64,000 bases of DNA from an uncultured Clostridia bacterium. Its GTDB lineage: Bacteria; Bacillota; Clostridia; JAAYHZ01. A program made the translations under genes and the position numbers. The stretch lies in the NCBI GenBank assembly GCA_937894465.1, contig CALCRE010000133.1, forward strand, positions 2,772 through 66,771. The letters run 5' to 3'. The notes beneath the pieces were generated by a model. That model was not told the origin of the DNA. It did not search any database and saw only the letters and a program-made list of their open reading frames with translations. Below are positions 55,819 through 64,000 of this stretch, one piece after another; positions within the stretch are counted from its first letter, which is position 1; every line of letters starts with the position of its first letter.

Positions 55819-56709
55819 TCAATCCTCCAAGTGTTTCAATTCGTTGATGTCGACCTCTTCATCATCCGTTAAAAGAGTTTGTGGTTTCGCACTGCCGGTT
55901 TTTCTTAAAACCTTGATATCATCCACATCAAAGGTTTCAGTATCGGTTCCATCCTTGGTTTCGAGTTTCACTTTCACTCTTTCCTTAATCAATTCGATGC
56001 TGATGATTTCTCCATCTCCCATAGGCGTAGATACCACCGAACCGACGGAAGGCATTTTATCAATCAAATATTCATAAGCTTCATGCTCATATTTCAAACA
56101 ACACATCAATCGTCCGCATGCACCGGATATCTTGGACGGGTTCAAGGACAATCCTTGCTCCTTAGCCATTTTAATGGATACCGGTTGGAATTCTCCTAAA
56201 AACGAATTACAACAAAGCATTCTTCCACATATACCGATGCTACCGGTCATCTTTGCTTCGTCACGAACTCCGATTTGCCTTAACTCGATTCTTGTCCGGA
56301 ATATGGATGCCAAATCCTTTACCAGCTCACGAAAATCCACTCTTCCTTCGGCTGTAAAGTAAAACAAAATCTTATTGTTGTCAAACGTGTATTCAACATC
56401 CACAAGCTTCATCTGTAATTTATGCTTGGTAATCTTTTCTGAACAAATATCAAAAGCTTCCTTTTCCTTTTGGACATTTTCGTTATACTTGTCAATATCC
56501 TCTTGTGTGGCAATTCGCAACACTTTTTTTAAAGGTTGAATCAATTCATTGTCCGGTATTTCGCGAATGCCCACTACTGCAGTCCCGAATTCAATTCCTC
56601 GGGCTGTCTCTACAATTACGTGATCATCTTTATTTATATTTAAATCGTCAGGGCTAAAATAGTATATCTTTCCTACTCTCTTAAACCTGACACCTACAAT
56701 CTGAGCCAT
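55819..56709 (-). CDS. ricT: PSP1-domain protein RicT/YaaT (stage 0 sporulation / RNA-maturation regulator)
   Basis: 296-aa ORF with a PSP1 C-terminal domain carrying Cys motifs (GICGRMLCC, GACGRLMCCLKYE). It sits in the conserved position after holB. Confidence 0.85.
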   Translation of the reverse strand: MAQIVGVRFKRVGKIYYFSPDDLNINKDDHVIVETARGIEFGTAVVGIREIPDNELIQPLKKVLRIATQEDIDKYNENVQKEKEAFDICSEKITKHKLQMKLVDVEYTFDNNKILFYFTAEGRVDFRELVKDLASIFRTRIELRQIGVRDEAKMTGSIGICGRMLCCNSFLGEFQPVSIKMAKEQGLSLNPSKISGACGRLMCCLKYEHEAYEYLIDKMPSVGSVVSTPMGDGEIISIELIKERVKVKLETKDGTDTETFDVDDIKVLRKTGSAKPQTLLTDDEEVDINELKHLED

Positions 56710-56712
56710 GTG

Positions 56713-57693
56713 TCAGTCCTCCGTTATATATAATAACATGTTTTCCAAAGCCAACTTATAATTTGCATTTCTTTTTATGTTCACTTGAGTCTCACTGATA
56801 CATTGTATATTCCGTATCATTTTCCTTTCGGACAATTGATCTTGGATTTTTCGCACAATGTCGACTTTGTCGATGTTTATGACGGCACCATCTTTCGAGT
56901 TTTTGATCATGAGCGCATCCCTGTAAAAGAGTTGCAATATATTCAATAAGGTTGTAATCTCCTCTTTTTGATTTTCAAAATAGTCAGCCCAATTTATAAT
57001 GTTCAGTTTACCATCATTCAAATTTAAAATCAACCGAATCATATCCTCCCGCATTTGAACGAATTGCTCCGATTTTATCAATTCGACGGCTTTTCCGGGC
57101 ACCCCGCCGCTATATCCGTATATAGCATTCAAATACTCCTGACTTATATTAATATCCTTTTGTACTAGTATACGAGACAGATCCTCCCGGTTATACTTGT
57201 CCAATTCATAATGAATCACACGAGACATCACTGTGGGAAGTAATGTTTCACTTGTCACGGAAAGGATTATGATAACGGCATATTCGGGTGGCTCTTCCAA
57301 AACCTTTAACAGGCAGTTTTGCGCTTGAGCGGTCATGGATTCTCCATCGGGTATGACATATATTTTTCGATCTGAATACAATGGGCGTATGATGATATCA
57401 TTTTGTATGTTTCGAATGTCATCCACACTGATATGATCTTTTTCCGGTTGCAACCAAAGATAGTCCGTTGGGATACCTGCATGAAACATTTTGCATGCAT
57501 TGCATTTCTCGCATGGACCTTCATCAACGGGCATCGTACAAACAAGTTCGGAAACAAAGGCACGGGCCAATGTTTTCTTCCCGATACCTTCAGGTCCGCT
57601 GAAAACATAGGAATGAGACAGTGTATTACCGGAAATCGCACGGCGCAACCTGTCTACAAGATTTCTCTGACCTATAAAATCTCTAAATGCCAT
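56713..57693 (-). CDS. holB: DNA polymerase III subunit delta'
   Basis: 326-aa ORF with GPEGIGKKT, the zinc module CEKCNACK, and LLKVLEEPP. Confidence 0.9.
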   Translation of the reverse strand: MAFRDFIGQRNLVDRLRRAISGNTLSHSYVFSGPEGIGKKTLARAFVSELVCTMPVDEGPCEKCNACKMFHAGIPTDYLWLQPEKDHISVDDIRNIQNDIIIRPLYSDRKIYVIPDGESMTAQAQNCLLKVLEEPPEYAVIIILSVTSETLLPTVMSRVIHYELDKYNREDLSRILVQKDINISQEYLNAIYGYSGGVPGKAVELIKSEQFVQMREDMIRLILNLNDGKLNIINWADYFENQKEEITTLLNILQLFYRDALMIKNSKDGAVINIDKVDIVRKIQDQLSERKMIRNIQCISETQVNIKRNANYKLALENMLLYITED

Positions 57694-58026
57694 CTAGATT
57701 TTTTCATACCTTTCCACATCCAAAACGAATATGGTTGCCCCGCCTACAGTCACTTCCAAGGGGAATGATAACATAACACCGTTGAGACCGCTTCCAGGCG
57801 ACATAGCAGTATCCATAACCTTTTTCCGGCTCTTGGAATTATGCTTGATGATATCAATGACTTCATCCACTTTTTCATCTACAACACCAACAATAATGGT
57901 GGTGTTCCCGGCTCTTAAGAAACCTCCTGTAGAAAAAAGCTTCGTCACCGAAAACCCCTTTTCATTCAATGCTGAAATAACATTGTTTTGGTCTTCGTCA
58001 TGAACAATTGCATATACCAATTTCAT
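57694..58026 (-). CDS. darA: cyclic-di-AMP receptor, PII-like (DarA/PstA/YaaQ)
   Basis: 110-aa ORF reading MKLVYAIVHDEDQNNVISALNEKGFSVTKLFSTGGFLRAGNTT.... It sits in the conserved tmk-darA-holB context. Confidence 0.85.
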   Translation of the reverse strand: MKLVYAIVHDEDQNNVISALNEKGFSVTKLFSTGGFLRAGNTTIIVGVVDEKVDEVIDIIKHNSKSRKKVMDTAMSPGSGLNGVMLSFPLEVTVGGATIFVLDVERYEKI

Positions 58027-58097
58027 AGGTTTTAGTACCTCCTTATAACATCCGTATTAATAATGAATCATATATCTATATTAATAATTAAAAATAA

Positions 58098-58718
58098 TTA
58101 AATTTTACCGTCTATATGACCGGTCATATCTACTGTGACGTTCTCGACGCTCTTCATACCGTCGATCCAAACCACGTTTTCCATATCTTTTGCCAGCTCG
58201 CGGTATCCTTTAAAAACCTTCAAGTGAAAAGCCTTGTCTTCATTCTCGATCCGGTCGCTACTCATTCTTTTTGCTCTTCTTCGAAAAGCTTCATCATCAT
58301 CTATATTAATAAAAAAAGTAATATCCGGAACCAACCCTTGCATGGCAACGGCATTGACCTTTTTTACAATCTCCAAATCAATTCCCCGTGCAATTCCCTG
58401 GTACACATAACTTGACAACACAAACCGATCACAAATGACATGTACACCGTCGTCTAAACTTTTTTGTACCAGCTCTGCCACATGTTGCGCTCTGGATGCG
58501 GCATACAAAAACATTTCAGTCAAACTGTCCATCTCCTGATTTTCAGGATCCAACACGATCCCCCTGATCTTTTCACCGATTCGGGTTCCACCGGGTTCAC
58601 GAGTCACGACAACATCCAACCCTTTTTCATGAAAATATGCTTTCAGATTTTCAATCTGGGTGGACTTTCCTGAGCCGTCTATGCCTTCTATAACAATAAA
58701 TAATCCTTTTCTTCTCAT
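58098..58718 (-). CDS. tmk: dTMP (thymidylate) kinase
   Basis: 206-aa ORF with the P-loop EGIDGSGKST and DRFVLSSYVYQG. Confidence 0.95.
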   Translation of the reverse strand: MRRKGLFIVIEGIDGSGKSTQIENLKAYFHEKGLDVVVTREPGGTRIGEKIRGIVLDPENQEMDSLTEMFLYAASRAQHVAELVQKSLDDGVHVICDRFVLSSYVYQGIARGIDLEIVKKVNAVAMQGLVPDITFFINIDDDEAFRRRAKRMSSDRIENEDKAFHLKVFKGYRELAKDMENVVWIDGMKSVENVTVDMTGHIDGKI

Positions 58719-58721
58719 TTC

Positions 58722-60149
58722 CTACTTTACCACATCCATGTATAAATTACCATTCACACCCTCTAAACCTTCGATAAAACCGCCTTCATCAACAATGGAA
58801 TGAATATATGAAATCGCTTCCGTTGTTATCTTCTCACCGGGCACAATCAAAGGTATTCCGGGAGGATAAGGGATCACCGCTTTATATGCAATGCACCCTA
58901 TCGCTTTTTCTGCTTCAATAGTCTTTTTATCCTGTCTAACCGCTTCAGCGGGCAATAAAACCATTTCCGGTACAGGCAACTCTTTGCATCCTACAAGTCG
59001 TTTATTTCCGACCGGGTTTGCATTATCTTTTAATGCTTTGGACAAAGTCTCCAAATACCATGACGGGTCACTTACAGTGGCAATCAATATGCAACTATAT
59101 AAATCAGCCGCTTCCACTGCTAAATTATATTGGCTGCGCAATCGTTTCTCCAATTCAAAGCCTGTATAACCGGCTCTACGGGCATCAAGTAAAATACGGG
59201 TCACATCTTTCTCAACGGCATTTTTGCATAAATCCGTCTTTATATGAATGTCACATTCACTGTTGCACCCATCTTGTAACTTCTTTATATCCTCACACAA
59301 CTTATTATATAATATGTCTCCACATTCATGCAAATGAACGGCTGCATATTCTAATAGGGCCATGATAATATAGGAAGGACTCGAGGTTTGAATCATGGAT
59401 AATGCAACATTGATTTGTTCAAGTGCAATCCTCCGACTGCATATATGAAGATATGCGCCTTGATTGATTACCGGTAATGTCTTGTGTGCGCTTTGTATCA
59501 CCATATCCGCTCCACACCGGATGGCCGTTTCCGGTAAAGCGTCGGAAAATGTGAAGTGGGCACCGTGAGCTTCATCAACAATTAAAATACCGTCTCTTTT
59601 ATGAACCTCACAAGCAATCCCTTGTACATCGCAGACCATGCCATGATAATTCGGGCTGGTAATTATGACCGTCTTACAACCTGTCCGGTCCATAACCTTC
59701 ATAACGTCGCCTACTGACGGCAAGGAGGGAGTCAGTGTGTTTTGATCAAAACCTACCGGGATATAATAAGGAGTATATCCTGCCATGATCACTTTATTGT
59801 AAACCGCTTTATGGCAATCCCTGGACATAATCACTTCTTTTTGATCACCTGCCGCAACTTCTAAAGCAGCATGAATTCCTGCGGTAGATCCGTTAACCAA
59901 AAAAAATGTATTTATTGTACCGAAAATCTTTGTACACTCATTCATAGCATCAGCTAAAAAACCCCGAGGGTGATACAAGTTATCCATATCGGGGATTTCA
60001 GTTACATCGATTTTCAAAAGAGAATTCCATAGGTGCAAAGGGATGCCGGATCCTCCTTTATGACCGGGCATATGATAGCGAGCAGTGTTAGACCGGTCAT
60101 ATTCTAATACGGCATTCAATATATGCAGTTGATCGAATAAATTGTCCAT
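58722..60149 (-). CDS. PLP-dependent Orn/Lys/Arg decarboxylase family protein (YaaO-like)
   Basis: 475-aa ORF with the PLP-lysine context QSAHKTLP. It sits in the conserved position upstream of tmk. Confidence 0.8.
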   Translation of the reverse strand: MDNLFDQLHILNAVLEYDRSNTARYHMPGHKGGSGIPLHLWNSLLKIDVTEIPDMDNLYHPRGFLADAMNECTKIFGTINTFFLVNGSTAGIHAALEVAAGDQKEVIMSRDCHKAVYNKVIMAGYTPYYIPVGFDQNTLTPSLPSVGDVMKVMDRTGCKTVIITSPNYHGMVCDVQGIACEVHKRDGILIVDEAHGAHFTFSDALPETAIRCGADMVIQSAHKTLPVINQGAYLHICSRRIALEQINVALSMIQTSSPSYIIMALLEYAAVHLHECGDILYNKLCEDIKKLQDGCNSECDIHIKTDLCKNAVEKDVTRILLDARRAGYTGFELEKRLRSQYNLAVEAADLYSCILIATVSDPSWYLETLSKALKDNANPVGNKRLVGCKELPVPEMVLLPAEAVRQDKKTIEAEKAIGCIAYKAVIPYPPGIPLIVPGEKITTEAISYIHSIVDEGGFIEGLEGVNGNLYMDVVK

Positions 60150-60159
60150 GATAAAAAAC

Positions 60160-60642
60160 TTACAGAGCTACGTGAGAAATTTCTTCTATTTCAATGACGA
60201 GTTCCTTTTCAATTCTGGTAATGTCATCTGCAATATCTTCCACCGTTTCACCGGGCATAACCTGACGGTTGTATTTTACATACCCTTTACCGCCCTTTTG
60301 CCCCCTATTTCTAGGTTGCTTACTGTAGAACTCCTGCTTTTTAGCTCCTTGTTTGTTCTGGTTCTGATTTTGATTGGGAATTTGAGCTTGACTTGAGTTC
60401 TGCGCTTGGTTTTGGCTTTGATTTTGATCCTTCTCTGTGCTTACTTGCTCTTTATTATACCGGTTATTATAGTTAGGTTTTCTATTGCGATTTCCCTGAT
60501 TGTTTCTGTTGTTGCGATTGTTGTATCCGACAGGTCGATTATTCGGCTTAGCGCTTCGAACCTCTCTTTTTTCCCCGGGATCTTCCTGTATTTTCGGGGT
60601 GTTTTCATTCACGTTGTTTGGTTTGTTATTGGTCTCTGACAT
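60160..60642 (-). CDS. Asn/Gln/Arg/Lys-rich low-complexity protein with a short ordered C-terminus
   Basis: The start is chosen at MSETNNKPNN (60642), with GGAGG 5 nt upstream. About 120 residues of N/Q/R/K repeats are followed by ...YVKYNRQVMPGETVEDIADDITRIEKELVIEIEEISHVAL. Confidence 0.55.
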   Translation of the reverse strand: MSETNNKPNNVNENTPKIQEDPGEKREVRSAKPNNRPVGYNNRNNRNNQGNRNRKPNYNNRYNKEQVSTEKDQNQSQNQAQNSSQAQIPNQNQNQNKQGAKKQEFYSKQPRNRGQKGGKGYVKYNRQVMPGETVEDIADDITRIEKELVIEIEEISHVAL

Positions 60643-60737
60643 AGATTCCTCCCTGTAAATATTACGAATATTATAGCATATCACCGGTACCATTGCAAAA
60701 TGTATTACCTTAGGGGTATCAGCTGATCTTTAGATAT

Positions 60738-61736
60738 CTAATCCAACAATATTTCACCGGATATAATATCGGTTATGGTGCCATCTTGCTTTCTTACCGT
60801 AAGTGCACCATCTTGCCGGATATCGAGGGCCATTACCGGCTCCTTCTTTCCGTTTATAGTGGTCAGTATGGTTCTTCCTAACGTAATGGAATAAGATTTC
60901 CAGCAGTCAATAATCTTTTTTGTTTCACCCTTTTCCAAATATGAGAAATACAGCTGTAATTGATCAATGAGAGCAGCGGCCATTACCGACATATTCACGT
61001 TTTTCCCGGATTCTATCCTCAAAGAAGTTGCGGAATTTTCCAAATCCGGTCCAAAATCTTCCTTGGTCTGTGACATATTCAAACCTACACCTACAACTAC
61101 AAAATCAATGCGTGTTTCTTCAAAAACGGTTTCGGTTAAAATACCACATACCTTTTTTCCATGGATCAAGATATCGTTTGGCCACTTGATTCCTGCATCA
61201 AAACCTTGTTCTATTAGTAATTCGCAAACAGCGCATGCACCGGCTAATGTAACTAATCCGATTTTTTCAATGGAAAAAGTCGGCCTCAAGCAATAGGACA
61301 GCCAAACTCCTTTCCCCCCGGAAGAATTCCATTGACGTCCTAATCTCCCTTTACCGGCTGTTTGTTCTAAAGCCACCACAACATTACCCGGTCCACATCC
61401 TTGATGCATCATTTGTTTTGCCACATTATTAGTTGAATCAACATTGTCCATAAAATGAACTTCAGCAGGTCTTTTCAGTCGTTTTGCAATCTCATGTCCG
61501 TTATAGACAGCTTCTTGCGGTGTCATACAATATCCCTTGTTCGAAACCGATTGTATTTCATAGCCGTATTTTTTCAAGTGATTTATATGCTTCCACACTG
61601 CATTTCTAGAAACTCCTAGAATTTTTCCGATTTGTTCACCGGACAAGAATTTACCGGATTGATTCTCCAATAAGGTCAGTATCCTTATTCGAATATCTTC
61701 CGGTTGGGGTTGAGGCTGTTGTGTTTGTTGTGTCAA
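60738..61736 (-). CDS. birA: bifunctional biotin--[acetyl-CoA-carboxylase] ligase / biotin operon repressor
   Basis: 332-aa ORF with an N-terminal HTH (LSGEQIGKILGVSRNAVWKHINHLKKYG). Ligase motif GKGRLGRQW. Confidence 0.9.
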   Translation of the reverse strand: MTQQTQQPQPQPEDIRIRILTLLENQSGKFLSGEQIGKILGVSRNAVWKHINHLKKYGYEIQSVSNKGYCMTPQEAVYNGHEIAKRLKRPAEVHFMDNVDSTNNVAKQMMHQGCGPGNVVVALEQTAGKGRLGRQWNSSGGKGVWLSYCLRPTFSIEKIGLVTLAGACAVCELLIEQGFDAGIKWPNDILIHGKKVCGILTETVFEETRIDFVVVGVGLNMSQTKEDFGPDLENSATSLRIESGKNVNMSVMAAALIDQLQLYFSYLEKGETKKIIDCWKSYSITLGRTILTTINGKKEPVMALDIRQDGALTVRKQDGTITDIISGEILLD

Positions 61737-62356
61737 AATTCGATTTCCTCCGTAGCAGGCATCTTTAATGTTATGATTTGTCGATCCTTGTTAATGAATA
61801 CACTGATCCCCGAATCATAAGATTCGATTTTCACGATATGACCTTTGTCCGCCAAATCGCAATAATATGAATAAAGGACGGCATCTAGCCAGTCACTGTT
61901 TTTTTCGGTTTTATTGTTAATAATATTATGTAAATACAGTTCTTCAGAGTCATCTACAATCACCGGATAATCCAGGTGTTTTCCCGTCAAGGCGATCTCA
62001 CCGTCTTGAACGGTTCTAGAGATAAGGCAAACCGGATTTCGATAAGTACCAAACTGGTATTCTTCAACGGGTATGATTGATTTGACGAATAAATCGTTTA
62101 ACACGCTGTTGTTATCATTTCGTAGAAAATCATTTCCCACTTTACAATAGTTATTGGGAATGGTGATGCGTAAACATGCATATTCATCTTTTCCATAATA
62201 AGGTACCTCATCTTTAGGATTGAAAAATGCAGGTATGAAACGGGTCATGCTTTCTCCGTTCCGGATGGTGATCAGCCCGTATTGAGATAATTTTAATCCG
62301 CATATAATGATGTCTTGGGCATGTTCTTTCAAAACATGTTTATAAACTTCCGCCAT
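61733..62356 (-). CDS. hypothetical protein translationally coupled to birA
   Basis: The start is chosen at MAEVYKHV (62356), with AAGGAGG 7 nt upstream. Its stop overlaps the birA start by 4 nt. No family recognised. Confidence 0.5.
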   Translation of the reverse strand: MAEVYKHVLKEHAQDIIICGLKLSQYGLITIRNGESMTRFIPAFFNPKDEVPYYGKDEYACLRITIPNNYCKVGNDFLRNDNNSVLNDLFVKSIIPVEEYQFGTYRNPVCLISRTVQDGEIALTGKHLDYPVIVDDSEELYLHNIINNKTEKNSDWLDAVLYSYYCDLADKGHIVKIESYDSGISVFINKDRQIITLKMPATEEIEF

Positions 62357-62518
62357 TTTCATACCTCCTTTGTTCATGGTCAAGGATATTATAGCATATA
62401 TATATATGAAATGGTAATTAATTAAAAAACAACGACCGAGTATATTGTAATAAATGTCCGTTTCCATTATAATAAATAGTAGGTTGGGAGGTTAATCGAA
62501 TTCAGGAGGATATCATAA

Positions 62519-62893
62519 ATGGATTATTACAAAAAAATAAGTGAATATTTGGGGGATGCTTTAAAAAGTGTTCCAATCATAGCGAAAATCAGCAGTTACG
62601 GAGTGTACATTTGCGGTGTCAGTTTATTTTTCATTTTGCTTTCGGCTTTCAGCGTACCCTTCGGCGGCTTTTTGAACACATTGTTCACATATGTCTTCAT
62701 GTTTTCATTGATATTGCTCTTTATTGAGTATCAGAACAACTATCTTTTATTAGGACTTTTGGGTTACGCCCTGACTCGGTTGATTTCAATGTTTTTTTGG
62801 TTTAGTTGGTCTAAACTTGCCGCAATGATTTTATTCTTGGGGCTAGCTTATATTGTGTTTAAAAAGATCGGGGATATTAAGCTTAATAGCTAA
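62519..62893 (+). CDS. small membrane protein (3-4 TM)
   Basis: 124-aa ORF with AGGAGGA 8 nt upstream. Confidence 0.55.
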   Translation: MDYYKKISEYLGDALKSVPIIAKISSYGVYICGVSLFFILLSAFSVPFGGFLNTLFTYVFMFSLILLFIEYQNNYLLLGLLGYALTRLISMFFWFSWSKLAAMILFLGLAYIVFKKIGDIKLNS

Positions 62894-62917
62894 AAATATA
62901 GAACGGAGGAAATAACT

Positions 62918-63397
62918 ATGACTTTTTTTCAAAACATTGGCAAAAAGATGGGTGAAGCAGCTCAAGGCGTCAAGAGCAAAACAGACGAAATAGCTGCTAT
63001 ATCGAAGTTGAACAGATCAATCGCTGACGAGAATAAAAAAATAGCGCAAGCATACAGCGATCTCGGAAAGAAGGTGTATGAGCTATACAAACAAGATGAA
63101 CCTCTTCATGAAGCTTTTGCTGATGAATGCCAATTGATCGCTCTTGCAGAAGAAGCCATCGCATCTTTTGAAGTTCAAATTCTTGAAAGCAAGAATTTGA
63201 AAAAATGCCCGGACTGCGGTAATGAAGTAGTCAGAGAAGTTCAGTTCTGTCCGAAATGCGGACATAAGTTTGAAAAGATAGAAGAAGCAAAAGTTGAAGA
63301 ACATGTAGCGGCAAATGTAAAAGTCTGCCCGAATTGCAAAACCGAATCTCCTTCTGATTCTGCATTTTGCATTTCTTGCGGAACAAAACTCGGATAA
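62918..63397 (+). CDS. zinc-ribbon domain protein (two CxxC...CxxC ribbons)
   Basis: 159-aa ORF with a helical N-terminus. The ribbons are CPDCGNEVVREVQFCPKCG and CPNCKTESPSDSAFCISCG. Confidence 0.6.
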   Translation: MTFFQNIGKKMGEAAQGVKSKTDEIAAISKLNRSIADENKKIAQAYSDLGKKVYELYKQDEPLHEAFADECQLIALAEEAIASFEVQILESKNLKKCPDCGNEVVREVQFCPKCGHKFEKIEEAKVEEHVAANVKVCPNCKTESPSDSAFCISCGTKLG

Positions 63398-63424
63398 TAT
63401 ACAAAGAAGCTATTTGATTTAATT

Positions 63425-63471
63425 AAAAAAAGAGCTTGGATCAATTTCACCCCTTGGTCCAAGCTCTTTTC
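63425..63471. terminator. bidirectional rho-independent terminator between convergent genes
   Basis: AAAAAA-AGAGCTTGGA-(17-nt loop)-TCCAAGCTCT-TTTC, with an A-tract on one side and a T-tract on the other. Confidence 0.75.
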
Positions 63472-63490
63472 TTATCTTGACAACAATTTG

Positions 63491-64000
63491 TTATTTCTCC
63501 GGCAAATAAATTGCGTATGAACCTTTCACCATAAGGTATACTGTATCACTTTCAGCCTTGATACCTCTTCCGTCTCCCCTTGATATCAGCATATAATGGT
63601 TCTTAGGCAACTGTTCTCCGGTTTGATAATCTTTGCCGTCTCCTGAAGTCATGTCGGCAAGACCGTCTCCGTTTGCACCTGAGATTGCGGTACATGTTCC
63701 ACCTCTGACAATAAATTCAACAACATCACTTGCAATAAGGCTTTGGCCTTTTTCCAGAACAATGACACTGTACTTGTTGCTTTCCGAAATAGATATCAAC
63801 ATCGGTTGATAGTAAGATTTCATCGTTCTTTCTATGAGATCAACCTTTTCTTCGAGCTTAGTCAAAGCTTCACTGTTAATCGGTTGAGTAGGCTGTTGTC
63901 CCGGATAGGTCGGCGTTCCTGTACCGGAGCCTGTCCCCACCTTTGCTTCCACTTGATTGATCCTCTGCATGAGCTGATTGAACTTTTGATCTACATAGTT
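63491..64000 (-). CDS. hypothetical protein; the reading frame stays open to the window end (5' end uncertain)
   Basis: The 159-aa track ORF starts at the ATG at 63970. The frame continues without a stop to 64000 (NYVDQKFNQL-MQRINQ...). It has a Gly/Thr/Pro-rich linker, then a beta-rich C-terminal domain. Confidence 0.5.
   Translation of the reverse strand, partial: NYVDQKFNQLMQRINQVEAKVGTGSGTGTPTYPGQQPTQPINSEALTKLEEKVDLIERTMKSYYQPMLISISESNKYSVIVLEKGQSLIASDVVEFIVRGGTCTAISGANGDGLADMTSGDGKDYQTGEQLPKNHYMLISRGDGRGIKAESDTVYLMVKGSYAIYLPEK

Noticed and set aside
60300-60640. Short tandem or imperfect nucleotide repeats (GTTCTGGTTCTGATTTTGATT..., TTGTTGCGATTGTTG...) that could look like a repeat array.
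   Set aside because: They are the antisense of AAC/CAG/AAT/CAA codon runs encoding the N/Q-rich protein. There is no regular repeat-spacer periodicity, so this is not a CRISPR or a satellite.
1-64000. A prophage, ICE, IS element, toxin-antitoxin pair or recognised anti-phage system (RM, CBASS, Gabija, retron and so on).
   Set aside because: I found no integrase, recombinase, transposase, terminal inverted repeats, phage structural genes, reverse transcriptase, or restriction/methylase pair. The DUF4143-type AAA ATPase at 7129-8484 stands alone, and by itself is not evidence for a defense system.

Overview
Low-GC Firmicutes (Clostridia-like) chromosomal segment with almost all genes on the minus strand. 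All family calls rest on motif reading only; no BLAST or HMM search was possible.

Contents, left to right:
- 1-7 kb: a complete maltodextrin operon (LacI regulator, MalE/F/G-like ABC transporter, GH13 lipoprotein amylase, malQ) with a consensus promoter and a palindromic operator.
- 7-30 kb: an accessory stretch rich in gene relics and small GNAT, NUDIX and DUF-type genes. It also holds an ECF sigma/anti-sigma pair, a GH116 gene with an in-frame TAA, and tyrS behind a Tyr T-box.
- 31-38 kb: a redox cluster with a sensory-type [FeFe]-hydrogenase-PAS fusion, a PP2C phosphatase and a small 2Fe-2S protein. The 2Fe-2S protein sits in a direct repeat of about 0.43-0.48 kb that brackets a lipoprotein gene. 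Next to this are a flavodoxin-ferredoxin fusion, a small glycine-zipper membrane protein and an orphan radical SAM enzyme.
- 38.5-41 kb: a metal-efflux operon (P1B ATPase with an unusual CPG motif, plus CopZ).
- 41.5-52 kb: a TetR-linked MacB/FtsX-type ABC exporter, a 7TMR-DISM GGDEF cyclase, a sugar O-acetyltransferase and a Na/Pi symporter.
- 53-62 kb: the conserved housekeeping block rlmD, MATE, ricT(yaaT), holB, darA, tmk, yaaO-like decarboxylase and birA.

I saw no rRNA, tRNA, CRISPR array, transposase or integrase.

Most notable observations:
- The sensory hydrogenase module and its duplicated 5' end.
- A decayed segmental duplication flanking a GC-richer 3.5-kb block that carries a cytoplasmic HD-CHAP fusion.
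- A nucleotidyltransferase paired with a small YD-repeat protein.
- An unusually high density of pseudogenes, several caused by single in-frame stop codons.
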